From NCBI GenBank assembly GCA_963787205.1, contig CAWBCD010000006.1, positions 171,009 through 235,008 on the forward strand: a stretch of 64,000 nt of DNA, given 5' to 3'. Made by a program: the position numbers and the translations under genes. Within the stretch, counting starts at the first letter, position 1. Each line of letters opens with the position of its first letter. Below, one piece after another: positions 1 to 8,676 of the stretch. The DNA comes from an uncultured bacterium. Lineage in GTDB: Bacteria; Bacteroidota; Rhodothermia; Balneolales; DATFMH01. The notes under the pieces were generated by a model. The model saw only the letters and a program-made list of their open reading frames with translations, had not been told where the DNA came from and searched no databases.

Positions 1-476
1 TAGTAGGCGGACCGCATGGGGATACGGGTCTAACCGGCCGGAAGATTATTGTCGATACATACGGGGGAAAAGGTGCACACGGTGGCGGAGCGTTCTCGGG
101 CAAAGATCCTTCGAAAGTTGACCGGAGCGCCGCCTATGCTGCCCGGCACATCGCTAAAAATATTGTAGCTGCCGGATTAGCTGATGAATGTCTTGTTCAA
201 CTAGCCTATGCCATCGGCGTTGCAGACCCTGTTTCAATCAATATCAACACCTATGGAACCGGGAAAGTCGATGAATACGAACTTGAAAATGCAGTCCGTG
301 AACTCTTCGATTGCACTCCGGCTGGAATTATTAAACGTTTTGATCTAAAACGACCGATCTACCGCAAAACTGCTGCTTACGGTCACTTCGGACGCGTCGA
401 CATTACCTTCCCATGGGAGGAACTTAATTATGTGGACACTCTGCGGAGTGCGTTTAACGTAGCAGCCGAAAAATAA
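1..476 (+). CDS. metK: S-adenosylmethionine synthetase, C-terminal part (5' end lies outside the window)
   Basis: Frame 3 reads [62 protein letters not shown], the conserved MetK C-terminal region. Stop TAA at 474-476. Confidence 0.93.
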   Translation, partial: VGGPHGDTGLTGRKIIVDTYGGKGAHGGGAFSGKDPSKVDRSAAYAARHIAKNIVAAGLADECLVQLAYAIGVADPVSININTYGTGKVDEYELENAVRELFDCTPAGIIKRFDLKRPIYRKTAAYGHFGRVDITFPWEELNYVDTLRSAFNVAAEK

Positions 477-495
477 AATCAATCATTTTTCTGTC

Positions 496-529
496 AAAAG
501 GCCGTCTCTGTTAAGTCGGCCTTTTTTTG
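496..529 (+). terminator. Rho-independent terminator after metK
   Basis: Stem AGGCCG/CGGCCT (499-504 / 517-522) followed by a T7 run. Confidence 0.75.
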
Positions 530-922
530 TGTCTATGAACAGGAATGACACCTCAGAACAGTTCAAATCTAAACCATACATTCCGCAGATAACATCTCAT
601 TAACCAGATGCAATTTTATAGTTATTGGGTGGATTCCAGCCGATAATACCGGTACAGATCATGGTGGTTAATCATGTGATACTATTGTTACTTATAAATA
701 TAATCCTATCCGGACGAAAATCAGGAGATTTTTTGTGGTATTAGCGCTTATTCAGGGGTAAATACATTTAAAATCGAACCCAAATATGCCGATACTCTTT
801 TCAACATTAGAAAATTTTCATATATAGATAGAAGCATATATATAAAGATGCTAAATAGCGTATAAAACCAGTGTCTTTGAACAAAAGCTTCAGAATTATT
901 TTTTGATATCGGGGAGGTCCTC

Positions 923-2647
923 ATGAGACGGCATATATCAGCAATCCTCTTACTTATCAGTATCATAACATCACCTGCGTTCGCCCAGTTTGATGTTGTA
1001 TCGAGTACACCAGCTAACGCCACGGCAGGAGTCAAAGCAGGCGACATGATATCAGTTTCATTTACATTTAATCAGGCAGTTGATTTATCTCAGAAATTTG
1101 GCCAATTGGCACTGCCTGTTGATTTTCTGGACGTAACTCCGGAAGATTCTATTTCTATCCTGAATTATGAGGTGAGTTCTGACCATAAAACCATTACCCT
1201 ACAGGTATCACAAAAAGCAAATACTGATTACGTCTGGATTCTAATCGGTGCCAGGAGTCAAAGCGGGCAGAGACTCAGTTCGCCCTACATCTTGAACTAC
1301 ACGACTTCTCAAAGCTATGGCAGCGGAGTGGTATCCGGAACGGTTACTTTAAAAAGTTTGCCTGCAAAGGGTGCTTTTGTGGCATTAACCACTAAAAAGC
1401 CAAATTTTGGGACAGGCGCCCTGAACTCCTTTTACGGCGGATCGGGTTTCCCCACTTTTGGGCCTCAAAAGTTGAACCCATACACAACATCTTCAACTAC
1501 GACTTCATCCGTTCCATTTGCCGCTGTCGTTTCAGACAGCAATGGAACCTATACAATGAATGCTGTACGCGATAGCATCTATTATCCAATTGCTGTTGCG
1601 GATATGAACTTTGATGGGGAGATCAACCCAATGTCTGGTGACGCCATTGGCTTTTACGATCCTAACAATGATGGTGTCCCTGATTCAATTGTGGTTCATG
1701 GAGGTACACATGCCAATATCGACATCAAAATGATTAATTATGATCCGGTCACCGCTGAGACATATTTACCGACGGCAACCAACGTCGCAGCTGCCTATGC
1801 AAATGATCAGGTCCTTTACTATATGTTATCACTGAACCAAAAAGTCACGGCTGATGGGAAATCCCCGTTCTGGGCATATGTTTTCCACTCAAAAAAGAAG
1901 AATCTTAACACCGTGGTTATTGGTACACCTATGGACTTTGCCGCTGATACTACGCTGAGTTTCCTTGATACTAATTTTGGCAACACCACATCGTCCCTTC
2001 ATCAGGTAAACCTGGACTTATATAAAACTCAGGAATCAACGTCCAGCTTCATTTCTTCCTTCCTGTATCCTATTCCTTCCGGCAGTATAACCAGCGCCCA
2101 GGCAATGGCGATTGCAGAAGCAAACGGGGGGAGTGATTTCAGAAGCACTCACGTTTTGTACAATGTGTACCTCGCTGCCGGACAAGCAAATAAGGAATTC
2201 ACGTCTGATACGACTCAGTCCGTGTGGACTGTTGACTATCAAAGTTTCGATGGTAATTCGCCAACCTACGGGGATAAAAAACTTTATTTCCTCATTAATA
2301 TGACTGATGGCAAAATCCTGAAGGAAGAGCATATTGCTGCTTCGACGACACCTATCCAAAAAGCACCCCAACAACAGTTGCCCGATCAGGTTGAATTGAT
2401 GCAGAATTATCCGAACCCGTTTAATCCGACTACTCACATTGACTTCGTTCTGCCGCAAGCATCAAAATTAACCCTCAGAGTATACAACCTTCTTGGACAA
2501 CAGGTGAGTGAACTTGCAAATGGTAGGTTCTCAGCCGGGAGACACTCTGTAACGTTTGATGGCAACAACCTCAGCAGCGGGATCTATTTTTACAGGCTGC
2601 AAACAGCAAACAATGTGATGACCAAAAAGCTGACACTTGTAAAATAA
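923..2647 (+). CDS. Secreted protein with an Ig-like N-terminal region and a T9SS type-A C-terminal sorting domain
   Basis: N-terminal signal peptide (LLLISIITSPAFAQ). C-terminus has QNYPNPFNPTTHIDF...GIYFYRLQTANNVMTKKLTLVK, typical of a T9SS CTD. Confidence 0.8.
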   Translation: MRRHISAILLLISIITSPAFAQFDVVSSTPANATAGVKAGDMISVSFTFNQAVDLSQKFGQLALPVDFLDVTPEDSISILNYEVSSDHKTITLQVSQKANTDYVWILIGARSQSGQRLSSPYILNYTTSQSYGSGVVSGTVTLKSLPAKGAFVALTTKKPNFGTGALNSFYGGSGFPTFGPQKLNPYTTSSTTTSSVPFAAVVSDSNGTYTMNAVRDSIYYPIAVADMNFDGEINPMSGDAIGFYDPNNDGVPDSIVVHGGTHANIDIKMINYDPVTAETYLPTATNVAAAYANDQVLYYMLSLNQKVTADGKSPFWAYVFHSKKKNLNTVVIGTPMDFAADTTLSFLDTNFGNTTSSLHQVNLDLYKTQESTSSFISSFLYPIPSGSITSAQAMAIAEANGGSDFRSTHVLYNVYLAAGQANKEFTSDTTQSVWTVDYQSFDGNSPTYGDKKLYFLINMTDGKILKEEHIAASTTPIQKAPQQQLPDQVELMQNYPNPFNPTTHIDFVLPQASKLTLRVYNLLGQQVSELANGRFSAGRHSVTFDGNNLSSGIYFYRLQTANNVMTKKLTLVK

Positions 2648-2674
2648 AACTCTGACTTCCGTCAGAAGCGCTAG

Positions 2675-2715
2675 AGCCCGTTTTCCCGGCAAACCGGAGA
2701 ATGGGCTTTTTTTTG
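2675..2715 (+). terminator. Rho-independent terminator
   Basis: Stem AGCCCGTTTTCCCGG / CCGGAGAATGGGCT followed by a T8 run. Confidence 0.75.
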
Positions 2716-2834
2716 TAAAAAAACTAAACTGATAATAGTGTCGTTTTTAATGGCATATAAAAAAATATTGGCTATTATGAAGTGCAAATAACAGAGAGGC
2801 AACGTTAATACCTGCCAAACAGAGATAGTCACTT

Positions 2835-3497
2835 ATGAAAACGATCCCGTGGCATCATATGCGTGAACCGGTAAGCGGTCTTTCTCACTTACTGGGTGCC
2901 ATCCTCTCTATAGTCGCTCTCATTCTGCTATTATACCATGCCATAACTCTTGGAAACCCAACGGCTATTGTTGCTTTTTCAATCTATGGCCTTAGTCTTA
3001 TCCTACTCTATATGGCCAGTTCACTGTATCATCTTGTACCTGGTCCGCCTTCGGAAATCAGGACACTTCGCAAATTCGACCATACAATGATATACGTTTT
3101 GATTGCTGGCACGTATACCCCATTAATTTTGTTGGTGCTAAACGGGTATTGGAAATGGAGCTCTATAACCTGTATCTGGATTTTGGCTGCCATCGGTATC
3201 ATTATCAAGCTTGTTTGGTTCCGTGCACCTCGCTGGCTTTCTACCATGCTATACCTGGGCATGGGATGGCTGAGTGTAATAATTATGCCTGTTCTAATCA
3301 GAAACTTCGCAACAGCCGGACTCCTCTGGTTGCTGGCGGGTGGATTAGCCTATACGGTAGGAGCCATCATTTATGGAGCAAAGAAGCCTGATCCAATACC
3401 AAAAGTCTTTGGATTCCATGAGATATGGCACATCTTTGTATTAGTAGGCAGTTTCTGTCACTTCTGGTCAATCTACCATTATTTGCCTCCCACCTAA
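2835..3497 (+). CDS. Hemolysin III / PAQR-family membrane protein
   Basis: Seven predicted TM segments. Motifs LYHLVP..RKFDHTMIYVLIAGTYTP and FHEIWHIFVLVGSFCHF are typical of the hemolysin III (YqfA/TrhA) family. Confidence 0.85.
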   Translation: MKTIPWHHMREPVSGLSHLLGAILSIVALILLLYHAITLGNPTAIVAFSIYGLSLILLYMASSLYHLVPGPPSEIRTLRKFDHTMIYVLIAGTYTPLILLVLNGYWKWSSITCIWILAAIGIIIKLVWFRAPRWLSTMLYLGMGWLSVIIMPVLIRNFATAGLLWLLAGGLAYTVGAIIYGAKKPDPIPKVFGFHEIWHIFVLVGSFCHFWSIYHYLPPT

Positions 3498-3526
3498 TCA
3501 ACCAGGACCGTCTATATAAAAAAGTA

Positions 3527-3892
3527 TTAATCTGTTATTGCCCGTTCAAAGGCCGATACAATTTCATTCTGATTTACCAATCCCTGTAACCTGCCTACGA
3601 CTTTGCCCCTCTTGTTATAAATCAGGATTGTTGGGATTTCTTTTAACTTTAATTCCTCATCAATAGTTGAGCTTTCTGTTAGTTGAACACTGTAAATATT
3701 TATTTTCTCATGATATTCACGTGCTGCAAGTCGTAACTTAGGTTTCATCAGATTACAAGGCGGGCAATCATTCATCCAGAAATTAAAAACAACCGGTCTC
3801 TCATGAGCCTTCATTATTTCATGGACCTTATCCTCAGTTATATCGATGATATGTTCATATGCAATAGTACGGTATGCCGTCTCTGGGGTCAT
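3527..3892 (-). CDS. Thioredoxin-like protein (CPPC active site)
   Basis: 121 aa. FWMNDCPPCNLMKPKL matches the thioredoxin-fold WCxxC region. The downstream IPTILIY..G pattern also fits. Confidence 0.75.
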   Translation of the reverse strand: MTPETAYRTIAYEHIIDITEDKVHEIMKAHERPVVFNFWMNDCPPCNLMKPKLRLAAREYHEKINIYSVQLTESSTIDEELKLKEIPTILIYNKRGKVVGRLQGLVNQNEIVSAFERAITD

Positions 3893-4428
3893 GGCTATCT
3901 CCGTTAATAAGTTTGTTGTTTTCGGGCTTCATTGCCGGATCTTTCGCTCTGAAAGTACTATTGTTACATACTAACGCTGACCAATACCGATTTGTGATGC
4001 GACGAACATGATCGATATCAGACCCGGTATCCCTTTTTTATTATCAATCTACCTTTTTTACCCAGAAATGCTTTCTGAATTTTGCGTATTTATACGCGAA
4101 AAAAGGCTTTTAATGCATTTTAGCCCAACTTATTCTCCTCGAAAATACAATATGAACGTAATTAGGGGGAGACGTTGTTTGCCCGATTGTGTAAATTAAG
4201 CACATTGCTTAATGATAATTCGGGTAACTGATCGTTTAAATGACTTGTATCTGGTTATGATCAGCAGGAAATAATACCAGAAAACGCAATAAACATATGT
4301 GAGTTGATAAATTTGGTGTTGTTGTATTAAAGGATAAGAATTCCAGGAAGATTCATCGGGAAAATAACGGACGTATTCAATGATCAACTAAATACAATAG
4401 AACAAGATAATAACAGAAGAGACTCAAA

Positions 4429-5877
4429 GTGACGAAATCTCATGTAGAAGTAAAAAGAACCACCAACAATACTAAATTCGATTTCGATTTGATCATTGTT
4501 GGTGGGGGTTCTGCAGCTTTTTCTGGTGCTTTACGCGCCAGTGAACTTGGCGGAAAGGTTTTAATCATCAATGATGGTCTGCCAATCGGAGGAACCTGCG
4601 TCAATGTAGGCTGTATTCCATCAAAAACGCTTATAAGAGCCGGAGAGGCCAGTTACCATGCATCTCATACTCATTTCGAAGGAATCGAGACTCATAGCAT
4701 GGTAACAGATTTCAAACGGGTCATTCAGCAACAAAAGGAACTGGTTGCCGACATGCGCCAGGAAAAATATGTCGATGTCATCGATGACGATCCCAACATC
4801 AAGTGGGTCAGGGGACGCGGCAGGTTTACCGATGAACATTCGGTTGAGGCAGGTGGGAAAGTCTATAGGGGTCAATTTATTATGATTGCAACGGGTGCCC
4901 GACCATTCATACCCACGGTTCCGGGTCTCAGCGAAGCTGGTTATCTCACCAATGAGACTGCCTATGAACTGGAAGAAAGACCGGAACATCTTATCGTTCT
5001 TGGTGGAAGGTATGTCGGTTTGGAAAATGCGCAGTTGTTCAGGCATTTAGGTTCTGCGGTAACCCTGCTCCAGCGATCCGATCGTATTCTTCCAAATGAA
5101 TCCTCCGATCTGACGGACGATCTGCACAAATATCTTGAGGAGGAAGGAATACGCATCCTGACAGGTGTGGAGCTGGAAAAAGTTTACCCAATAGGTAACG
5201 AAGTTATTGTTCAAATACGACAGAATGATAAGACAGAGAGGATCAAGGGGAGTCATATTCTGGCAGCTACCGGTCGGCAGGGGAATACCGACAAACTGGG
5301 ACTGGATAATATTGGGGTGAAAATCCACGGACAGGGTTATGTCGCCGTTGATGAGACACTCCGAACCACCCAGCCTCACATTTTTGCTGTTGGGGACGTA
5401 AACGGTGTTGCACAGTTTGTATATACTGCTGCCTATGAAGGACAACTTGCTGCCACCAACGCTTTAACCGGCACCTATCAAAAACGGGACTTTTCGGTAA
5501 TACCGTGGGTCATTTTCACCGATCCGCAGGTTGCCGGAGTAGGAATGGATGAATTACAGGCTGAAAATGCCGGAATCGATTTTGAAATATCCAAACTGGA
5601 ACTCAGCCAGGTTCCCAGAGCACAAGTGGCACGCGATACACGTGGTTTTGTGAAGTTAATCCGTGATAAATCTAATGATCACCTGATAGGTGCAAGGATC
5701 CTTGCACCGGAAGGATCCGAGCTTCTCATGGAAATATCCCTGGCCATTCGCCACAACATCACGGTTAAAGGATTAATTGATGAATTTCACCCATACTTGA
5801 CCCTCTCCGAAGCAATCAAACTTGCCGCTCTTAAATTTACAAAAGATGTAACCAAGCTGAGCTGTTGTGCGGTCTAA
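4429..5877 (+). CDS. merA: Mercuric reductase, core enzyme without an N-terminal HMA (NmerA) domain
   Basis: FAD motif IVGGGSAAF. Redox-active GGTCVNVGCIPSK. C-terminal vicinal cysteine pair KDVTKLSCCAV, as in MerA (..LSCCAG). GTG start. Confidence 0.8.
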   Translation: MTKSHVEVKRTTNNTKFDFDLIIVGGGSAAFSGALRASELGGKVLIINDGLPIGGTCVNVGCIPSKTLIRAGEASYHASHTHFEGIETHSMVTDFKRVIQQQKELVADMRQEKYVDVIDDDPNIKWVRGRGRFTDEHSVEAGGKVYRGQFIMIATGARPFIPTVPGLSEAGYLTNETAYELEERPEHLIVLGGRYVGLENAQLFRHLGSAVTLLQRSDRILPNESSDLTDDLHKYLEEEGIRILTGVELEKVYPIGNEVIVQIRQNDKTERIKGSHILAATGRQGNTDKLGLDNIGVKIHGQGYVAVDETLRTTQPHIFAVGDVNGVAQFVYTAAYEGQLAATNALTGTYQKRDFSVIPWVIFTDPQVAGVGMDELQAENAGIDFEISKLELSQVPRAQVARDTRGFVKLIRDKSNDHLIGARILAPEGSELLMEISLAIRHNITVKGLIDEFHPYLTLSEAIKLAALKFTKDVTKLSCCAV

Positions 5878-5983
5878 ACTCAGAATCAATTCACCCATTT
5901 AGATCTAGCCGGGTATTTAAGTAAGTTTTGCCGTTTTGAATAATTGCCATGTACCCGTCAATGTTCATCTCAAATGATTTGAT

Positions 5984-8584
5984 ATGGCTAAAAAAGATTC
6001 GAATCAGAATCAATCGGTAGGGCTTAGCCGCGATCTGGGCCTCCTGGATATCACGATGATTGGAGTCGGCGCAATGATTGGCGCCGGAATATTTGTGCTC
6101 ACAGGTCTGGCTGCCGGGACAGCGGGTCCTGCTTTGATCCTGGCCTTTGCGATCAACGGTGTCATTGCCGTTTTCACAGCCATGGTGTATGCCGAGCTTG
6201 GTTCTGCCATTCCTGAAGCCGGTGGGGGGTACTTATGGGTTAAAGAGGGGTTACCAGGACCAAACGCCTTTCTGGCCGGCTGGATGAGCTGGTTTGCGCA
6301 CGCGGTGGCCGGTAGTCTTTATGCTCTCGGCTTTGGCTCCTACATGTTTTCGGTGCTGCAGGATTTTCACATGTCGGTTTTTGGTCTGCATGGCGAACTT
6401 GCCCAAAAAGTTCTGGCGGTTATTATCATCCTGATATTTGTGGCTATCAATTTCAAAGGCGTCTCCGAGACCGGTATGGCCGGTAATATTGTCACTATTT
6501 CCAAGGTGATTATCCTGATCATCTTCATCATCAGTGGATTGTTGGCGCTGTTACGGCATCCCGAATTTATGAGCCACTTTGTTCCTTTCAAACCAAAAGG
6601 ATTCGGAGGAATAGTCAGTGCTATGGGGCTGACGTTTATCGCCTTTGAAGGGTATGAGATTATCGTGCAGGCCGGTGAGGAAGTGAAGAACCCCCGGCAA
6701 ACGATCCCGAAGGCTGTCATACTGTCGATGGCCATCGTACTGCCCATCTATATCCTGATCGCTTTTACGGCTATTGGTGCCGTTGACACCGGATCCAGTC
6801 TGCCAACTTACATATGGCTTGGCAATCATCAGGAACTTGGTATTGTCGAAGCGGCAAAGCAGTTTATGCCTTTCGGATACTTCTTATTGACGCTGGGTGG
6901 TCTGCTGGCCACTATGAGTGCTTTGAATGCAACCACATTCTCATCTACACGGGTGGCGTTTGCGATGGGCCGTGATAAGAATTTGCCGGACCTCTTTTCA
7001 CACATCAGTGAAAAGACCCGCACGCCCTATAAGGCGCTCATGTTCAGCGGTGCTCTCATCCTTTTTATGGCAGTGATCATCCCTCTCAAGGAAGTGGCTT
7101 CCGCAGCTGACATCATGTTTCTGTTCCTGTTCCTCCAGGTTAACATCGCAGTCATAACCATCCGAAAGAAATATGGGGAGAGGCTGAAGTATGGATTCCT
7201 TGTACCTTTCTTTCCCGTTATTCCGATTATTGGGGTAATTGCCAATCTGGGAATCGCACTGTACATGTTCCACTTCTCACCAACGGCCTGGTACTTCACG
7301 ATTGCCTGGATTGCTGTCGGTTCCGTTATTTACTACCTGTACGCCAGACCCAGGGAAGAATCCGAGGAAAGAACCCCTGTGGTTGTCGAAGAGCGACTTC
7401 CCGATACACTCTCAGAACGATATGAAGTGTTGGTCCCCGTTGCCAATCCGACTTCACTGAATAATCTCCTGCCGCCAGCCATTGAAGCTGCAAAGAGATA
7501 TGACGGAGTTGTGATACTATTGAATGTAATATCGGTACCTGATCAGTTGAACCTTTCTGCCGGTCGCAGATATGTAGATCGATCCCGGGAAGTTCTGCAG
7601 AAAGCACGTCAGATCGTGGAAGACGCCGGTGCCGAGGCAGAAGTACTTATCCGAATTGCTCACCGCTTACCTGATGCCATCATCCAGACAGCGCTGGAAC
7701 GTGAGGTCGACCTTATGGTTATGGGCTGGCGTGGGAAATCACCAAACGTCAGAGTAACCGTTGGCAACAAGGCCGATTATATCATGGATGAAGTGAACTG
7801 CGACGTTCTTGTCGTTCAGCAGATGCAGAATCCTCCTTTTAAAAAGGTAGTCGTTCCTGTCTCCAACCCCGGTACCGTTGAACAATTGCTGCGCAAGGCT
7901 GTATTAATCAACGAAAACAGCAAAGATGCCCGAATTGACTTATTGCACATCTTTCGGGATGGAATACCGGTAGATGAAAAAGAAGCTTACAAAAGCCAGA
8001 TTAAAGGGATGATCCAAAAATTTCTCGATGAGAATGCGGACGTGGCTGACCGTGTAAATTTCGTATTTGAAAATGCGACGAATGTGGTAGGAACCATCGT
8101 TCAAAAGTCGAAGGATTACGATGCCATTGTTCTGGGTGCCACCAATCCCAACTGGACTCAGCGCCGTTTCCTTGTGGATAAGCCGGTGACTATCGGGCAA
8201 AAAACCAACAAACCCGTCATGCTCGTCAGGACCCGAAGCAGTCAGGTTGAATTTGGCATGCAACGCTTCATGAATTACATGCAGGGTGGATATAAACGCA
8301 TCAAACCATCGTCGGAACAAAAACTTGAGAAAGAAGGCATTCTTGCGCCAAAAGGAGAACAGCAAACGGCTGATCTGCATACGCGTGTAAATAAAATTCC
8401 GCTCTTACTATGCGGTATCCTTGCCATTGGTTCTTGTGTTCTTATGCTAATCGGAGGTGGTCATTTGTTGACCTGGATTGGAATGGTTGCATTTTTAGTG
8501 GGACTGGGATGGTTTACCCGGATTTCCATCAAGGGAACCATCACAAAAAAAAGGCGAGAGCCACAGATGCAGGGACACGATTAG
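5984..8584 (+). CDS. APC-family amino acid/polyamine permease fused to tandem universal stress protein (USP) domains and a C-terminal TM hairpin
   Basis: N-terminal ~460 aa is a 12-TM APC-like region (ITMIGVGAMIGAGIFVLTG, FEGYE). Two USP-like repeats follow (VLVPVANP..DLMVMGWRG and VVVPVSNP..DAIVLGATN). The C-terminus is hydrophobic. Confidence 0.8.
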   Translation: MAKKDSNQNQSVGLSRDLGLLDITMIGVGAMIGAGIFVLTGLAAGTAGPALILAFAINGVIAVFTAMVYAELGSAIPEAGGGYLWVKEGLPGPNAFLAGWMSWFAHAVAGSLYALGFGSYMFSVLQDFHMSVFGLHGELAQKVLAVIIILIFVAINFKGVSETGMAGNIVTISKVIILIIFIISGLLALLRHPEFMSHFVPFKPKGFGGIVSAMGLTFIAFEGYEIIVQAGEEVKNPRQTIPKAVILSMAIVLPIYILIAFTAIGAVDTGSSLPTYIWLGNHQELGIVEAAKQFMPFGYFLLTLGGLLATMSALNATTFSSTRVAFAMGRDKNLPDLFSHISEKTRTPYKALMFSGALILFMAVIIPLKEVASAADIMFLFLFLQVNIAVITIRKKYGERLKYGFLVPFFPVIPIIGVIANLGIALYMFHFSPTAWYFTIAWIAVGSVIYYLYARPREESEERTPVVVEERLPDTLSERYEVLVPVANPTSLNNLLPPAIEAAKRYDGVVILLNVISVPDQLNLSAGRRYVDRSREVLQKARQIVEDAGAEAEVLIRIAHRLPDAIIQTALEREVDLMVMGWRGKSPNVRVTVGNKADYIMDEVNCDVLVVQQMQNPPFKKVVVPVSNPGTVEQLLRKAVLINENSKDARIDLLHIFRDGIPVDEKEAYKSQIKGMIQKFLDENADVADRVNFVFENATNVVGTIVQKSKDYDAIVLGATNPNWTQRRFLVDKPVTIGQKTNKPVMLVRTRSSQVEFGMQRFMNYMQGGYKRIKPSSEQKLEKEGILAPKGEQQTADLHTRVNKIPLLLCGILAIGSCVLMLIGGGHLLTWIGMVAFLVGLGWFTRISIKGTITKKRREPQMQGHD

Positions 8585-8676
8585 GGGATTTAGGAGTAAA
8601 AGCCCGAACTGTAGCATTTGCCCGGGCTTATACTCCTTCAATTCAAAAAGTTGCAGTCAGAATTGACCTGAAGACT

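Noticed and set aside
4429-5877. Alternative assignment as dihydrolipoamide dehydrogenase or glutathione reductase.
   Set aside because: The C-terminal vicinal Cys pair (LSCCAV), preceded by KDVTKL, is characteristic of MerA and absent from Lpd/Gor. There is also no E2/E1 context.
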